From the IMG/VR virus record IMGVR_UViG_3300030098_002339, positions 1 through 64,000 of that record: a stretch of DNA of 64,000 nucleotides. One strand, written 5' to 3'. The notes below the pieces were generated by a model, which was not told where the DNA came from, ran no database searches, and was given only the letters and a program-made list of their open reading frames with translations. Both the position numbers and the translations under genes were made by a program. Below are positions 1 through 10,033 of this stretch, in pieces (the first letter of the stretch is position 1; each line of letters begins with the position of its first letter). The DNA comes from a virus.

Positions 1-77
1 AATTTAAATCGGTAAATGTTCCTGGAACGTTCTGGGAACATTACCAAAACATAAGGAGAACAAAATATGAACTATGG
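1..77 (+). repeat. 77-nt exact direct repeat, copy 1 (copy 2 at 44176-44252)
   Basis: aatttaaatc...atgaactatgg is identical at both places; the copies diverge at nt 78 (a vs t). Confidence 0.97.
11..45 (+). promoter_or_regulatory. RNA hairpin upstream of the RBS of the first tail-region gene
   Basis: ggtaaatgttcctggaa-cg-ttctgggaacattacc pairs with one bulge and two G-U pairs; followed by the aaggag RBS. Confidence 0.6.
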
Positions 78-342
78 ATTAAGGGAAGTTACTTTAGAAA
101 AAGTAGCAACATCAAACAGTTCTGCAGCTTCTGCGGCATTTGGAGAAAATGTAGAATATGTAAGAATTGTATCTGATACTGATTGTTGGATTACTTTTGC
201 TGCTTCACCTACTGCTACATCAAGCAAAACATTTTTACCTGCTAAAGAAATTGAAATTTGGAAAGTTTCTCCAGGCGAAAAAGTTGCTGCTATATTAGCA
301 TCTGGCACAGGAGCTATATATATATCACAATTATCTGAATAA
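67..342 (+). CDS. small putative virion protein (variant A)
   Basis: aaggag RBS; beta-rich, Ser/Ala-rich; homolog at 44242. Confidence 0.75.
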   Translation: MNYGLREVTLEKVATSNSSAASAAFGENVEYVRIVSDTDCWITFAASPTATSSKTFLPAKEIEIWKVSPGEKVAAILASGTGAIYISQLSE

Positions 343-680
343 TGGCAAAAGTCAGAGCAACAGAATGGAATGCTGATAATACCAAGACTAAATATATACA
401 AGAGTCTGATGGTAAATTAACAATTAATAATCAGCAAGATCTCAATCCTTTAATGAAAAGGAACAAAGAACTTTATAACTTAAACGATGGTTATACTGCT
501 TCTAGAGATATGAGAAGAGTTGCTAGTGTACCGCCTATTATATTACAAATATGGACAAAAGAATATAATGGTACACGTAATTGGTGGGCTTTACCAAAAG
601 AAACACAAAAAAAAATATTAACTAAGAAATTAAATTCTAGTGATTTTAGATATTTTAGAACCTCGGAAGGATCATTATAA
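342..680 (+). CDS. conserved phage protein, head-tail region
   Basis: TAATG coupling; close homolog at 44520. Confidence 0.8.
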   Translation: MAKVRATEWNADNTKTKYIQESDGKLTINNQQDLNPLMKRNKELYNLNDGYTASRDMRRVASVPPIILQIWTKEYNGTRNWWALPKETQKKILTKKLNSSDFRYFRTSEGSL

Positions 681-1351
681 TGGCATTAAATACTTACACA
701 TCATTAAAAACAGCTATAGCTAATTGGTTAAATCGAAGTGATTTGACGAATGAGATTGCTGATGATTTTATCAAATTAACTGAAGCTGATTTTAATTCAA
801 AATTAAGGATCAGACAAATGGAACAGATTGATACTGTTACTATTAATGCTGAAACTGTAACTGTACCAACTGGTTTTATTGGTGTTAGATCCTTTTATAT
901 TCTATCAGCTAGTACTAAATTTCCTTTAGAATATATTACACCACATAATATGTTTGAAATTAGAGGAGGTTCTAGAACTGGTAGACCTAGATCATATACA
1001 ATTGAGGCAGATAATGAAACCGAACACTTTAGATTTGGTCCTAGTCCTGATACTACTTATACTGGCTACTTATCATATTATAAAAACTTGGAATCTCTTA
1101 GCTCAAATAATGCCAATTCCAGCAATTATATTTTAAGTAATCATCCAGGTATTTATTTGTATGGTAGTCTTTACCATGCATCTAATTTTATTGGTGGAGT
1201 GGATCCAGACCAAAAAAGCAATTGGTTACAAATGTATATCGCAGCTCTTGAAAGATGCGAAAATAATGACAAACAAGATAATTATGGTGGAGCACCTGTT
1301 CAACAAAGAACAGATGTTCAAACTGATTTATCGTTTTATAGGAATAGATAA
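680..1351 (+). CDS. head-tail adaptor / tail tubular protein A-like
   Basis: MALNTY..LK.AIA.WLNR.DL N-terminus and YLYGSL motif typical of podophage adaptors; position after capsid genes. Confidence 0.7.
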   Translation: MALNTYTSLKTAIANWLNRSDLTNEIADDFIKLTEADFNSKLRIRQMEQIDTVTINAETVTVPTGFIGVRSFYILSASTKFPLEYITPHNMFEIRGGSRTGRPRSYTIEADNETEHFRFGPSPDTTYTGYLSYYKNLESLSSNNANSSNYILSNHPGIYLYGSLYHASNFIGGVDPDQKSNWLQMYIAALERCENNDKQDNYGGAPVQQRTDVQTDLSFYRNR

Positions 1352-2796
1352 TGCAAGTACCTTTTGGAGAATGGTTACCCGATATTCCAGATCATTTGAA
1401 TAAGGGAGCTACAACTGCAACTAATGTATTTCCTGCAGCTGTTAGTTACAAACCATTTAAAGCATCACAACAAAAATCAAACGCATTAGATAGTCAATGC
1501 TTTGGTGGATTTTCCACTAAAGATAATAGTGCAAACGTTTATACTTTTGCAGGTACTAAATCAAAATTATACAAATTATCTGGTGAAACATTTTCAGATG
1601 TTAGCCAAGCTAGTACAACATACAATGCAGGAGCTGATAACTTCTGGTCATTTTCTAATTTTGGAACAACAGTAGTTGCTTCTAATGGAGAAGATTCACC
1701 ACAAAAATTTGTAGTAGGAACTTCTAGTGCATTTGCAGATCTAGGTGGTTCTCCACCTATATTTACATTTTCTGCAGTTATTAGAGATTTCTTAGTAGTA
1801 GGAAGAATTAAAACAGTTAAAAACAGAGTACAATGGTCAGGTATTAATGATGTTGAAACTTGGACAGCTGGTACTAAACAATCTGATTATCAAGACTTAG
1901 CAGATGGTGGTGAAATAACTGGTATTGTAGGTGGTGAGTATGGTTATATATTTCAAGAAAACCAAATAACTCGTATGGACTATGTTGGAGGAACAACAGT
2001 ATTTAGATTTTCTGTTGTATCTAAAAACAGAGGTTCTATTTATGCTAAAGCAATAGCTCATGTAGGTAAACGAGTATTCTTTTATTCACAAGATGGTTTT
2101 TTTGAAATAGATGGTGAAAATGTTAAAGCAATAGGTCAGCATAAAGTTAATGATTATTTTAAAGATAACTTATCTGCTGGTTACCAACAAAATATTATAG
2201 CGGCAACAGATCCATTAAATCACTTAGCAGTTTGGTCATATCCTAGTACGGATGCTACAACAGGAGTCCAAGACAGATTATTAATTTATAATTATTCTGT
2301 TAATCGTTGGTCAGTTGTAGAAACAGCAGCTGAAATGATTTTTACACAATTTTCTGAAGCCTTTACAGTAGATACATTAGATACAGCATCTTCAAGTTTA
2401 GATAGTTTAACAGTATCTCTTGACTCCAGATATTGGCAAGGTGGTGTAGTTAATTTTGCAGGGTTTGATTCAGATCATAAACTTATTCAGTTTGATGGAT
2501 CTAATTTAGCAGCTACATTAGAAACAGGTGAAATAGAACCTGCACCAGGAGCACGAACTACTATTACTATGATAAGACCTTTAGTAGATGGAACGTCTAC
2601 TGCAAGAGTTACTAGCAGACTTAGATTAGCAGATAGCGGAACTAGCACAAGTTATTCTAGTTTACAAAGTAATGGAGATATTCCAGTTAGATCTTCTGGA
2701 AGGTATCATAAGATTGGAGTTGCTATATCAGCAGCTACAACATGGAATGATGCTCAAGGTATAGACTTAATAGCAATTAAATCAGGATTACGATGA
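1351..2796 (+). CDS. tail hub/nozzle (DNA stabilisation) protein
   Basis: PFGEWLPD N-terminus, VQWSGIND motif, beta-rich 481 aa following the adaptor. Confidence 0.7.
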   Translation: MQVPFGEWLPDIPDHLNKGATTATNVFPAAVSYKPFKASQQKSNALDSQCFGGFSTKDNSANVYTFAGTKSKLYKLSGETFSDVSQASTTYNAGADNFWSFSNFGTTVVASNGEDSPQKFVVGTSSAFADLGGSPPIFTFSAVIRDFLVVGRIKTVKNRVQWSGINDVETWTAGTKQSDYQDLADGGEITGIVGGEYGYIFQENQITRMDYVGGTTVFRFSVVSKNRGSIYAKAIAHVGKRVFFYSQDGFFEIDGENVKAIGQHKVNDYFKDNLSAGYQQNIIAATDPLNHLAVWSYPSTDATTGVQDRLLIYNYSVNRWSVVETAAEMIFTQFSEAFTVDTLDTASSSLDSLTVSLDSRYWQGGVVNFAGFDSDHKLIQFDGSNLAATLETGEIEPAPGARTTITMIRPLVDGTSTARVTSRLRLADSGTSTSYSSLQSNGDIPVRSSGRYHKIGVAISAATTWNDAQGIDLIAIKSGLR

Positions 2797-2942
2797 GTGA
2801 TACAATAGATATAGATAACATAAGATTTGCATTTTCAGAAACAGACTACTTCCAGCGTGAAGTAGAACGTTCTGTTAATGAATTAATATTAAAAAACAAC
2901 CAAGAAAATGACAAAACATTTATTTGGTTTATGGGAGGATAA
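2793..2942 (+). CDS. 49-aa conserved protein (not in ORF track)
   Basis: MSDTIDIDNIRFAFSETDYFQREVERSVNELILKNNQENDKTFIWFMGG; ATGA overlap; synonymous changes versus the copy at 46971. Confidence 0.8.
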   Translation: MSDTIDIDNIRFAFSETDYFQREVERSVNELILKNNQENDKTFIWFMGG

Positions 2943-2944
2943 TA

Positions 2945-5023
2945 ATGGCAGGATCATACGTAGGAAAATATGATACAACAGCTGCAAATAATACAGCTAC
3001 AGGAACAGGCTCGGTTAGTATAGCAGAAGGTATGTTACCTTCTAATGTTAACAATGCTATGAGAGATATCATGGCTGACATTAGGCAATGGTATAACTCG
3101 GCTGAATGGATTGAATATGGAGATGGAGCAGGAACATATACACCTGCTTATGCATCTGGTACAAGTTTTACAATTGCAAGTGCAGACGTTACATCTGCTT
3201 ATCACGTTGGCAGAAGAGTAAAAGCAGTTGGTTCTTCAACTGGAACAATTTACGGATCAATTACAGCAACAGCATTTTCAACTAATACAACAGTTACAGT
3301 TTCTTGGGATTCAGGTTCATTATCAAATGAATCTTTAACAATTTATATTGGTATTACAAGTGCAACAAACACTTCAATGCCAGAAACTCCATCTATTACT
3401 GGAGATTACACATTAGATGTATCTGGAGATATTGTATTAGATGCTGGTGGTGCTGATGTTGTTTTAAAAGATGATGGTACTCAATATGGTACTTTAACTA
3501 ACACTTCAGGAAATTTAATTATCAAATCTGGTAGTACAACAGCTTTAACATTTAGTGGAGCTAATGCTACCCTTGCTGGAGACTTAACAATTTCTGGTGA
3601 CGATTTAACTATGGGTACTAATACTTCAGGACATGTATTAGTAGCTGATGGTACAAACTTTAATCCAGTAGCAATTAGTGGTGATGTTACAATAGCTTCT
3701 AATGGAGCTGTAACAATTGGAAGTGGAACTGTTGAAACAGCTATGATTGCAGCTGATGCAATTACAGGAGCTAAAATTGCTGATGACGCAATTAATTCTG
3801 AACATTACACAGATGGAAGTATAGATACAGCTCATATAGCTGATTCACAAGTTACAGCAGATAAACTTGCAAGTAGTGCTGTTACTACAGCTAAAATAAA
3901 TGCTGACGCAGTAACAGGTGCTAAAATAGCAGATGATGCTATTAATAGTGAACACTACACAGATGCATCTATTGATACTGCACATATTGCAGATGATCAA
4001 GTAACTCAAGATAAAATAGCAGATGATGCTGTAGGTGCTGATCAATTAGCATCTAATGCTGTTGTTAACGCAAGTGTAGCATCTGGTGCTGCTATTGCAG
4101 ATTCAAAATTAGATACAATATCAACAGCTAACAAAGTTAGTTTAGCTGCATTAGATATAGATGGTGCTTCAGCTATTGGCGAAGCAGTTGTAGACGCTGA
4201 CTTATTTATAGTTGATAATGGTGCAGGCGGAACTAATAGAAAAGTTGCTGCTTCAGTATTAAAAACTTACGCACAAACTGGCGTATCTTCAGCAGCTGAT
4301 GATATTACAGTTGGTGATGCTGCTGTTACTATTGGTAATGGTAGTACATCTGCAGATATTACAATAGATTCAGGAGATGACATTGTTATTGATGCAGCTG
4401 GTGGAAATATAGAATTTAAAGATTCAGGTACACTTCAATTTACAATTGACATGGATGGCACAGCAGGTGTTCAAATTGTAAAACTTGGTGTTGATTCAGA
4501 TGATTTAGTTTTTCAACAATACGATGGTAATGAGGTTGTTCGTGTAGCTGATGATAGAAGATTATACTTTTATGACAAAGGTGGAGAATATATTTCATCT
4601 GATGGATCAGCTTTAACTTTAGCTTCTGGTGGAACAGCATTTGAATTACCAGCGGCAGACGGAAATGCAAACCAAGTTATTAAAACTGATGGATCTGGAA
4701 ATTTAGATTTCGTAGATATGTCAGGTGGAACATCTTGGCAAGCTATTCAAACTTCAGGGTTTACAGCAGCAGCTGGTAAAGGTTATCCTTGTAATACTAC
4801 AAGTGCAGCTTTTACAGTTACGCTTCCTGCTTCTCCAAGTTTAGGAGATGAAGTTACAGTTGTTGATTATGCAGGAACTGCTGATACAAATAATATTACA
4901 ATTGGAAGAAACTCAAAACCAATTCAAGGTGTTGCAGAAGATTTAACAGTAGCAACTGAAAGAGCTGCATTTACATTAGTCTTTGTTGATAACACTCATG
5001 GTTGGTTATTAAAAGATAAATAA
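2945..5023 (+). CDS. tail fibre protein (variant A)
   Basis: ggagg RBS before ATG 2945; A(V/I)T.AKIADDA repeats; C-terminal TLPASPSLGD...GWLL domain. Confidence 0.8.
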   Translation: MAGSYVGKYDTTAANNTATGTGSVSIAEGMLPSNVNNAMRDIMADIRQWYNSAEWIEYGDGAGTYTPAYASGTSFTIASADVTSAYHVGRRVKAVGSSTGTIYGSITATAFSTNTTVTVSWDSGSLSNESLTIYIGITSATNTSMPETPSITGDYTLDVSGDIVLDAGGADVVLKDDGTQYGTLTNTSGNLIIKSGSTTALTFSGANATLAGDLTISGDDLTMGTNTSGHVLVADGTNFNPVAISGDVTIASNGAVTIGSGTVETAMIAADAITGAKIADDAINSEHYTDGSIDTAHIADSQVTADKLASSAVTTAKINADAVTGAKIADDAINSEHYTDASIDTAHIADDQVTQDKIADDAVGADQLASNAVVNASVASGAAIADSKLDTISTANKVSLAALDIDGASAIGEAVVDADLFIVDNGAGGTNRKVAASVLKTYAQTGVSSAADDITVGDAAVTIGNGSTSADITIDSGDDIVIDAAGGNIEFKDSGTLQFTIDMDGTAGVQIVKLGVDSDDLVFQQYDGNEVVRVADDRRLYFYDKGGEYISSDGSALTLASGGTAFELPAADGNANQVIKTDGSGNLDFVDMSGGTSWQAIQTSGFTAAAGKGYPCNTTSAAFTVTLPASPSLGDEVTVVDYAGTADTNNITIGRNSKPIQGVAEDLTVATERAAFTLVFVDNTHGWLLKDK

Positions 5024-6012
5024 TGGCAACTTACAGAAAAGTCGGTGGCACTAGGGTTAAAACCTATAGTAGCGATCCCCCAACAGCATATCCATCAGCA
5101 TGGGAAGGTAATTTATATTACAATTCTTCTGATGGACAATTTAAGTTTCAAACTTTAGGTGCAGGATCTTGGTCAAGCGGTGGAACTATGAATTCTGGTA
5201 GAACAACTAAACAAAGTGCTGGAACTGGAAATGATAACGTAATAGTTGCTGGGGGTTACGATGCTTCTTCTTCACCACCAACTGCTCCTAGAACTTTATC
5301 TGAAAGTTACAATGGAACAGCTTGGACTGAAACTTCAGAAAATAATGATGGAAGACAATTTGGTGGTGGTTGTGGAACAAATACAGCTGCTATAATTATG
5401 GGAGGCGATCCAAGTTCTTTTTTAGGTGCAACTGAATCATGGAATGGTTCTAGTTGGTCAGAAGAAGCTGATTTAAATACAGGACGTAATCAAAATGAAG
5501 GATCTGGAACTTCTACAGCAGCATTATGTGTAGCTGGTGGAAATCCTGGAGCAGTTTCTAATGTAGAATCATGGAATGGAAGTGCTTGGACAGAAACATC
5601 AACTGATTTAAATACAGCAAAAAAATATGTGTGGGCAACTGGAAGTAATACAGCCTGTTTGGCTTCAGGAACTCCCGCAACTACAGAACAATTTAATGGC
5701 TCATCTTGGACAGAGGTTACAGAATCTACTACTGACCACCGCTCAGGTGCAGCTTCAGGAATATATACAGATTGTATAGTTTTTGGTGGAGATAATGGAC
5801 CAGGACAAGTAGCTAAAACAGAACAATGGAATGGTTCATCTTGGACTGAAGGTAATGATTTAGCAACAGCGAGATCATATCTTGGAGGATCAGGTAACAC
5901 TCCAAATTCAACAACAGCAATAGCTTTTGGTGGGTCAGGATTACCAGCTGAAACAGGTGCAACAGAAGAATGGGCATTAGGACACACACTTAAAAAGGTA
6001 ACAACAAGTTAA
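5023..6012 (+). CDS. Kelch-like beta-propeller protein A1 (one propeller), putative receptor-binding
   Basis: about 6 repeats of GG...E.WNGSSWTE..DLNTAR. Confidence 0.75.
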   Translation: MATYRKVGGTRVKTYSSDPPTAYPSAWEGNLYYNSSDGQFKFQTLGAGSWSSGGTMNSGRTTKQSAGTGNDNVIVAGGYDASSSPPTAPRTLSESYNGTAWTETSENNDGRQFGGGCGTNTAAIIMGGDPSSFLGATESWNGSSWSEEADLNTGRNQNEGSGTSTAALCVAGGNPGAVSNVESWNGSAWTETSTDLNTAKKYVWATGSNTACLASGTPATTEQFNGSSWTEVTESTTDHRSGAASGIYTDCIVFGGDNGPGQVAKTEQWNGSSWTEGNDLATARSYLGGSGNTPNSTTAIAFGGSGLPAETGATEEWALGHTLKKVTTS

Positions 6013-6032
6013 TAGAATTAAAGGAGGAAACT

Positions 6033-6338
6033 ATGGCATATAAATATACTGTTAAAGAAAACTGGGGTAAAAATTTTTTTACTCACGAAGAAAGAAAACA
6101 GATGTATCTTGCAGGTCATCCTGGTAATGTTTGGGTTGTTGATGACAATATCTTTGGCGATCAATGGATTGGCAAAATTGGCGGAACAACTAAAACTAAA
6201 GCAGAAGCTCAAGCTATTGTAGACGGTGAAATTGAAGACGCTCAAGATGCTTGGGATGCAAACAATGTTGATGGCGAATCATCAGATGAAAAAATTGCAA
6301 GACTTGGAGCTAAACCAGTTAAATACAATCTACCATAA
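6033..6338 (+). CDS. small propeller-associated protein
   Basis: aaggagg RBS; G.PGNVWV and TK.EAQAIV motifs shared with 52214. Confidence 0.8.
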   Translation: MAYKYTVKENWGKNFFTHEERKQMYLAGHPGNVWVVDDNIFGDQWIGKIGGTTKTKAEAQAIVDGEIEDAQDAWDANNVDGESSDEKIARLGAKPVKYNLP

Positions 6339-6349
6339 GGAATTAATTA

Positions 6350-8191
6350 ATGACTACCTATAAAGGTATAAAAGGATTAGGAATACAAAATGTAACTTCT
6401 GATGCTATTTCTTCTCAAATGGGAGGAGGTACATGGGCTTCTGGTGGAAGTTTAAATACAGATAGATGGGCTTTAGCTGGTGCAGGAACTCAAACTGCGG
6501 CTATTGCTATTAATGGACAAAATCCTAACGTAACTGATGTTGCAGAAACGTATGACGGAAGTAGTTGGACTGAAATAACAGAAAATAATACTGGAAGAAA
6601 TGTAGGAGCTGCTGCTGGAACTTCTACAGCTACTATATTTTTTGGTGGATATACAGGCACAGCATATACAGCAGACGCAGAAACTTGGAATGGAAGTTCT
6701 TGGACTGAAGGTACAAATTTAAATACTGCTAGAGGAGAAATGGGTGGTGCAGGACAAGCAAATACAGCAGCTTTAGCATTTGGTGGAGACACACCTGGTA
6801 GAACAGGAGCTACAGAAATTTGGAATGGTTCTTCGTGGACAGAATCAGGAGATTTATCAGTAGCAACAAAACATATAAAAGGAACAGGAACAAGTACTGC
6901 TGGTGTAGCAGTTGGAGGCACACATCCAGATAACTCAATAGTTGGAGATGTCGAAACTTTTAATGGTACTGCTTGGTCAGAAATAGCTGAAATAAATACT
7001 GCAAGATTTCAAACCGCTGCTTCAGGTACAACTACGTCAACTTTAGTTTTTGGAGGAATGAGTGCTGCTACTACAGCTACAGTTAATACGGAATCGTATG
7101 ATGGTTCTACATGGACTGAAGTTGCTAATTTAGCTACAGGAAGAGGATTTGTTGGCAGTATTTCTGGTAGTTCAGTTGCAGCTTCTGCTATATTTGGAGG
7201 AACAACTAATGCTGGTACTCCAGGAGATACAGCAGCTACAGAAGAATGGTCAGCACCCGCAACAATCAGACAATTTAATATAGGCGACATATACTATAAC
7301 GCAGACCCATCATCAGGTGTTATAAAATATGTTGGATATGGCACAGGAGCTTGGGCTTCTGGAGGAAATTTAAACACGCCAAGAAATGATTTAGATGGTT
7401 CAGGTTCATTAACAGCAGGACTTGCTTTTGGTGGAAATCCTGCAACAGGTGTAACTGAAGAATATAATGGAAGTGCATGGACAGAATCAGGAGATTTAAA
7501 CACATCCAGAAGGGCTATAGCAGGTTTTGGTACACAAACAGCTACAATAGCCTCATTTGGTGGAGAAAATCCTTATAACGATGAAACAGAACAATACAAT
7601 GGATCTACTTGGAGTGAGATAGCTGAAGTTAATACAGCAGGTGGTGGTTCACCTGGTGGTGCTGGAACAACTACAGCAGGTTTATTTTTTGGTAGAAGAA
7701 AAACTCCAGTTGCTACAAAAGGTGGAGAAACAGAATTATGGAATGGATCATCTTGGGCAGAACAATCAGATTTAAATACTGCTCGATGGGCAATAGGTGG
7801 ATTAGGAACTTCAACAGCTGCTTTAGCAATTGGTGGAGCACCCCCTCATTATGATACTGTAGAACAATGGAATGGATCTTCGTGGACTGAAATTGCTGAA
7901 ATTAACACAGCTAGAAGTCAGGGAGGTGCAGCAGGTACAACGACAGATGGTTTGTATTTTGTTGGAGAAGCAAGTCCAGGTCCTCAAAATATAACAGAAT
8001 CTTGGAATGGTACTGCTTGGACTGAAATAGCTGATGCATCAGCAGGTGCAGGTAAAGTTGCAGATTCTGACTCAAGTGCTAAAAGTGCTTTCTTTGCTGG
8101 TGGAGATGGTCCTCCAGGTAGTGCAGTAGCAACAACAGAAGAATGGAATGTACCAACAGCACTTCAAACACTAGCGAGTACAAACGCATGA
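6350..8191 (+). CDS. Kelch-like beta-propeller protein A2 (two propellers)
   Basis: about 12 repeats in two blocks separated by a GDIYYN linker. Confidence 0.75.
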   Translation: MTTYKGIKGLGIQNVTSDAISSQMGGGTWASGGSLNTDRWALAGAGTQTAAIAINGQNPNVTDVAETYDGSSWTEITENNTGRNVGAAAGTSTATIFFGGYTGTAYTADAETWNGSSWTEGTNLNTARGEMGGAGQANTAALAFGGDTPGRTGATEIWNGSSWTESGDLSVATKHIKGTGTSTAGVAVGGTHPDNSIVGDVETFNGTAWSEIAEINTARFQTAASGTTTSTLVFGGMSAATTATVNTESYDGSTWTEVANLATGRGFVGSISGSSVAASAIFGGTTNAGTPGDTAATEEWSAPATIRQFNIGDIYYNADPSSGVIKYVGYGTGAWASGGNLNTPRNDLDGSGSLTAGLAFGGNPATGVTEEYNGSAWTESGDLNTSRRAIAGFGTQTATIASFGGENPYNDETEQYNGSTWSEIAEVNTAGGGSPGGAGTTTAGLFFGRRKTPVATKGGETELWNGSSWAEQSDLNTARWAIGGLGTSTAALAIGGAPPHYDTVEQWNGSSWTEIAEINTARSQGGAAGTTTDGLYFVGEASPGPQNITESWNGTAWTEIADASAGAGKVADSDSSAKSAFFAGGDGPPGSAVATTEEWNVPTALQTLASTNA

Positions 8192-9996
8192 CGAAATATA
8201 TAGAAATAAAAGGACATTCAATACAATCAGTAGATACTGATCCTGTGGTTTATGCTGGAGCATGGGCTAGTGGAACAGCTCTTAATACAGCAAGACAAAA
8301 TCTTCATGGAACTGGAACACAAACATCAGGTTTAGTTTGTGGAGGAGATGCACCACCTCCTGTTAGCGGTAGAACTGAAGAATATGATGGTAGTTCTTGG
8401 ACAGAAAGCGGAGATTTTAATACATCAAGACAATATAATGCTACTGTAGGATCACAAACAGCAGCTATAACTAATGCAGGTCAAACATCTACTGCTGTAG
8501 CAAATGTTGAAACTTACAATGGATCAACTTGGACTGAAACAGGAGATGTCAATACAGCTAGATATGGTTCTGGAGCAGCAGGATCAACCACAGCAACTCT
8601 TATTGCTGGAGGAGTAGGTGGTACAGCAAACGCTGAAACTTTTGATGGTTCAAGTTGGACTGAAGTAGGGGATTTAAATAATGGAAGAGCTTATATGGGA
8701 TATGCTGGTCAAGCTCCACAAACTGCTGCATTAGTTTTTGGTGGTGGACCAGGAGGTAATGCAAATGTTGAATCTTGGGATGGCTCAAGTTGGACTGAAT
8801 TAGCAAATTTAAATGTAGCTATGCAAGCAGGAGCAGGAGCAGGGATACAAACTTCAGCGCTTTATTTTGGTGGAGCAAATCCTGGACAACCTTCTGTTGC
8901 AGGAACAGAAAGTTGGGACGGAAGTGCTTGGACTGAAGTTGCTGATATGGGAACAGCAAGAGGTGATCTTTCAGGTTTTGGTTTAGGTTCTGCAGCAGTA
9001 GCAGCAGGAGGAAATCAATCTCCAAAAGGTCAAACAGAAGAATGGTCTTTCCCATCAACACCAGCAGTACAACTAGGACAAGTTTGGTTTAATACAGGTT
9101 CATCAACACTTAAAGGATATGCACAACAAGGAACTGGAACATGGTCATCAGGCGGAAATGCAAATACTGCTAGAGGTAATGGATTTTCTTTTGGTTCACA
9201 AACAGCAGGAATTTTTGCATCAGGTTATACTGGATCAAATGTAGATAATGTAGAAAATTATAATGGATCATCTTGGACTGAAATAGCAGAAGTTAATACT
9301 GCTAGAAGAGAGGGAGCAGGATTTGGTACTTCTACTGCTGGATTAGTTTTTGGTGGACGACCTCCAATAGCAACTATAACAGAATCTTGGAATGGAAGTA
9401 GTTGGACAGAAACAGCAGATTTAAATACAGCTAGAGCAGATAGTCATATAAGAGCTGGAACATCAACAGATGGAATATGGGCAGGTGGACAAGATGGAAG
9501 TCCAGCTTCAGAAACATATTTAGTAGTTAAAACCGAAAAATGGAATGGTAGTGCGTGGTCCGAAGTAGGAGATTTGAATACTGGAAGAGAAGCAGGGGGA
9601 AATGCTGGAACAAGCTCTTCTTATGCTTTAGCAGTAGGAGGTAATCCACCATCTCCAGGTGGTATTGTAGAATCTTGGGATGGAAGCTCTTGGACCGAAG
9701 TAGGAGATTTAAATACAGCACGATCTTGGTGTACAGGTAGTGGTGGTAGTAATACAGATTCAATAAATTTTGGTGGTAGAACACCAGGAAGTGTAAACGA
9801 AAATAAAACCGAATCTTGGAATGGAAGTTCATGGACAGAAGTTGCAGATATGGCAACAGCTAGATATACACAAGGAAGTTCATCCAATGGAACTACAAAA
9901 ACTGGTTTGTGTATAATGGGAAATAATGGAAGTTATATAACAACTACAGAAGAATGGACAGTTCCATCTTCAACCAAGACGCTAACAGTATCATAG
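8188..9996 (+). CDS. Kelch-like beta-propeller protein A3 (two propellers)
   Basis: start moved to the ATGA overlap at 8188 (MTKYIEIKG matches paralog N-termini); about 12 repeats. Confidence 0.75.
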   Translation: MTKYIEIKGHSIQSVDTDPVVYAGAWASGTALNTARQNLHGTGTQTSGLVCGGDAPPPVSGRTEEYDGSSWTESGDFNTSRQYNATVGSQTAAITNAGQTSTAVANVETYNGSTWTETGDVNTARYGSGAAGSTTATLIAGGVGGTANAETFDGSSWTEVGDLNNGRAYMGYAGQAPQTAALVFGGGPGGNANVESWDGSSWTELANLNVAMQAGAGAGIQTSALYFGGANPGQPSVAGTESWDGSAWTEVADMGTARGDLSGFGLGSAAVAAGGNQSPKGQTEEWSFPSTPAVQLGQVWFNTGSSTLKGYAQQGTGTWSSGGNANTARGNGFSFGSQTAGIFASGYTGSNVDNVENYNGSSWTEIAEVNTARREGAGFGTSTAGLVFGGRPPIATITESWNGSSWTETADLNTARADSHIRAGTSTDGIWAGGQDGSPASETYLVVKTEKWNGSAWSEVGDLNTGREAGGNAGTSSSYALAVGGNPPSPGGIVESWDGSSWTEVGDLNTARSWCTGSGGSNTDSINFGGRTPGSVNENKTESWNGSSWTEVADMATARYTQGSSSNGTTKTGLCIMGNNGSYITTTEEWTVPSSTKTLTVS

Positions 9997-9998
9997 AC

Positions 9999-10027
9999 TT
10001 GCTATTTTCTATTAAAAATAGTATTAA
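9999..10027 (+). promoter_or_regulatory. putative sigma70-type promoter, near-leaderless, for the oxygenase cassette
   Basis: TTGCTA-17nt-TATTAA, ATG 6 nt later, no SD; equivalent element at 54336. Confidence 0.5.
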
Positions 10028-10033
10028 TTTTGC

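Noticed and set aside
1-77. The 77-nt repeat as an att site or physical terminal repeat
   Set aside because: No integrase or host DNA is present, it lies mid-structural-operon, and what follows copy 2 is a diverged homolog rather than an identical copy.
5490-9887. Many minus-strand ORFs over the propeller genes (also over the fibre, ejection and B-variant genes)
   Set aside because: Antisense shadows of biased codon usage in long plus-strand genes; no RBS or family motifs.
5023-9996. Recurring tggactgaa / ttaaatacagc motifs as a CRISPR array or DGR repeats
   Set aside because: They are degenerate in-frame protein repeats. There is no constant repeat-spacer structure, no reverse transcriptase and no pair differing only at adenines.
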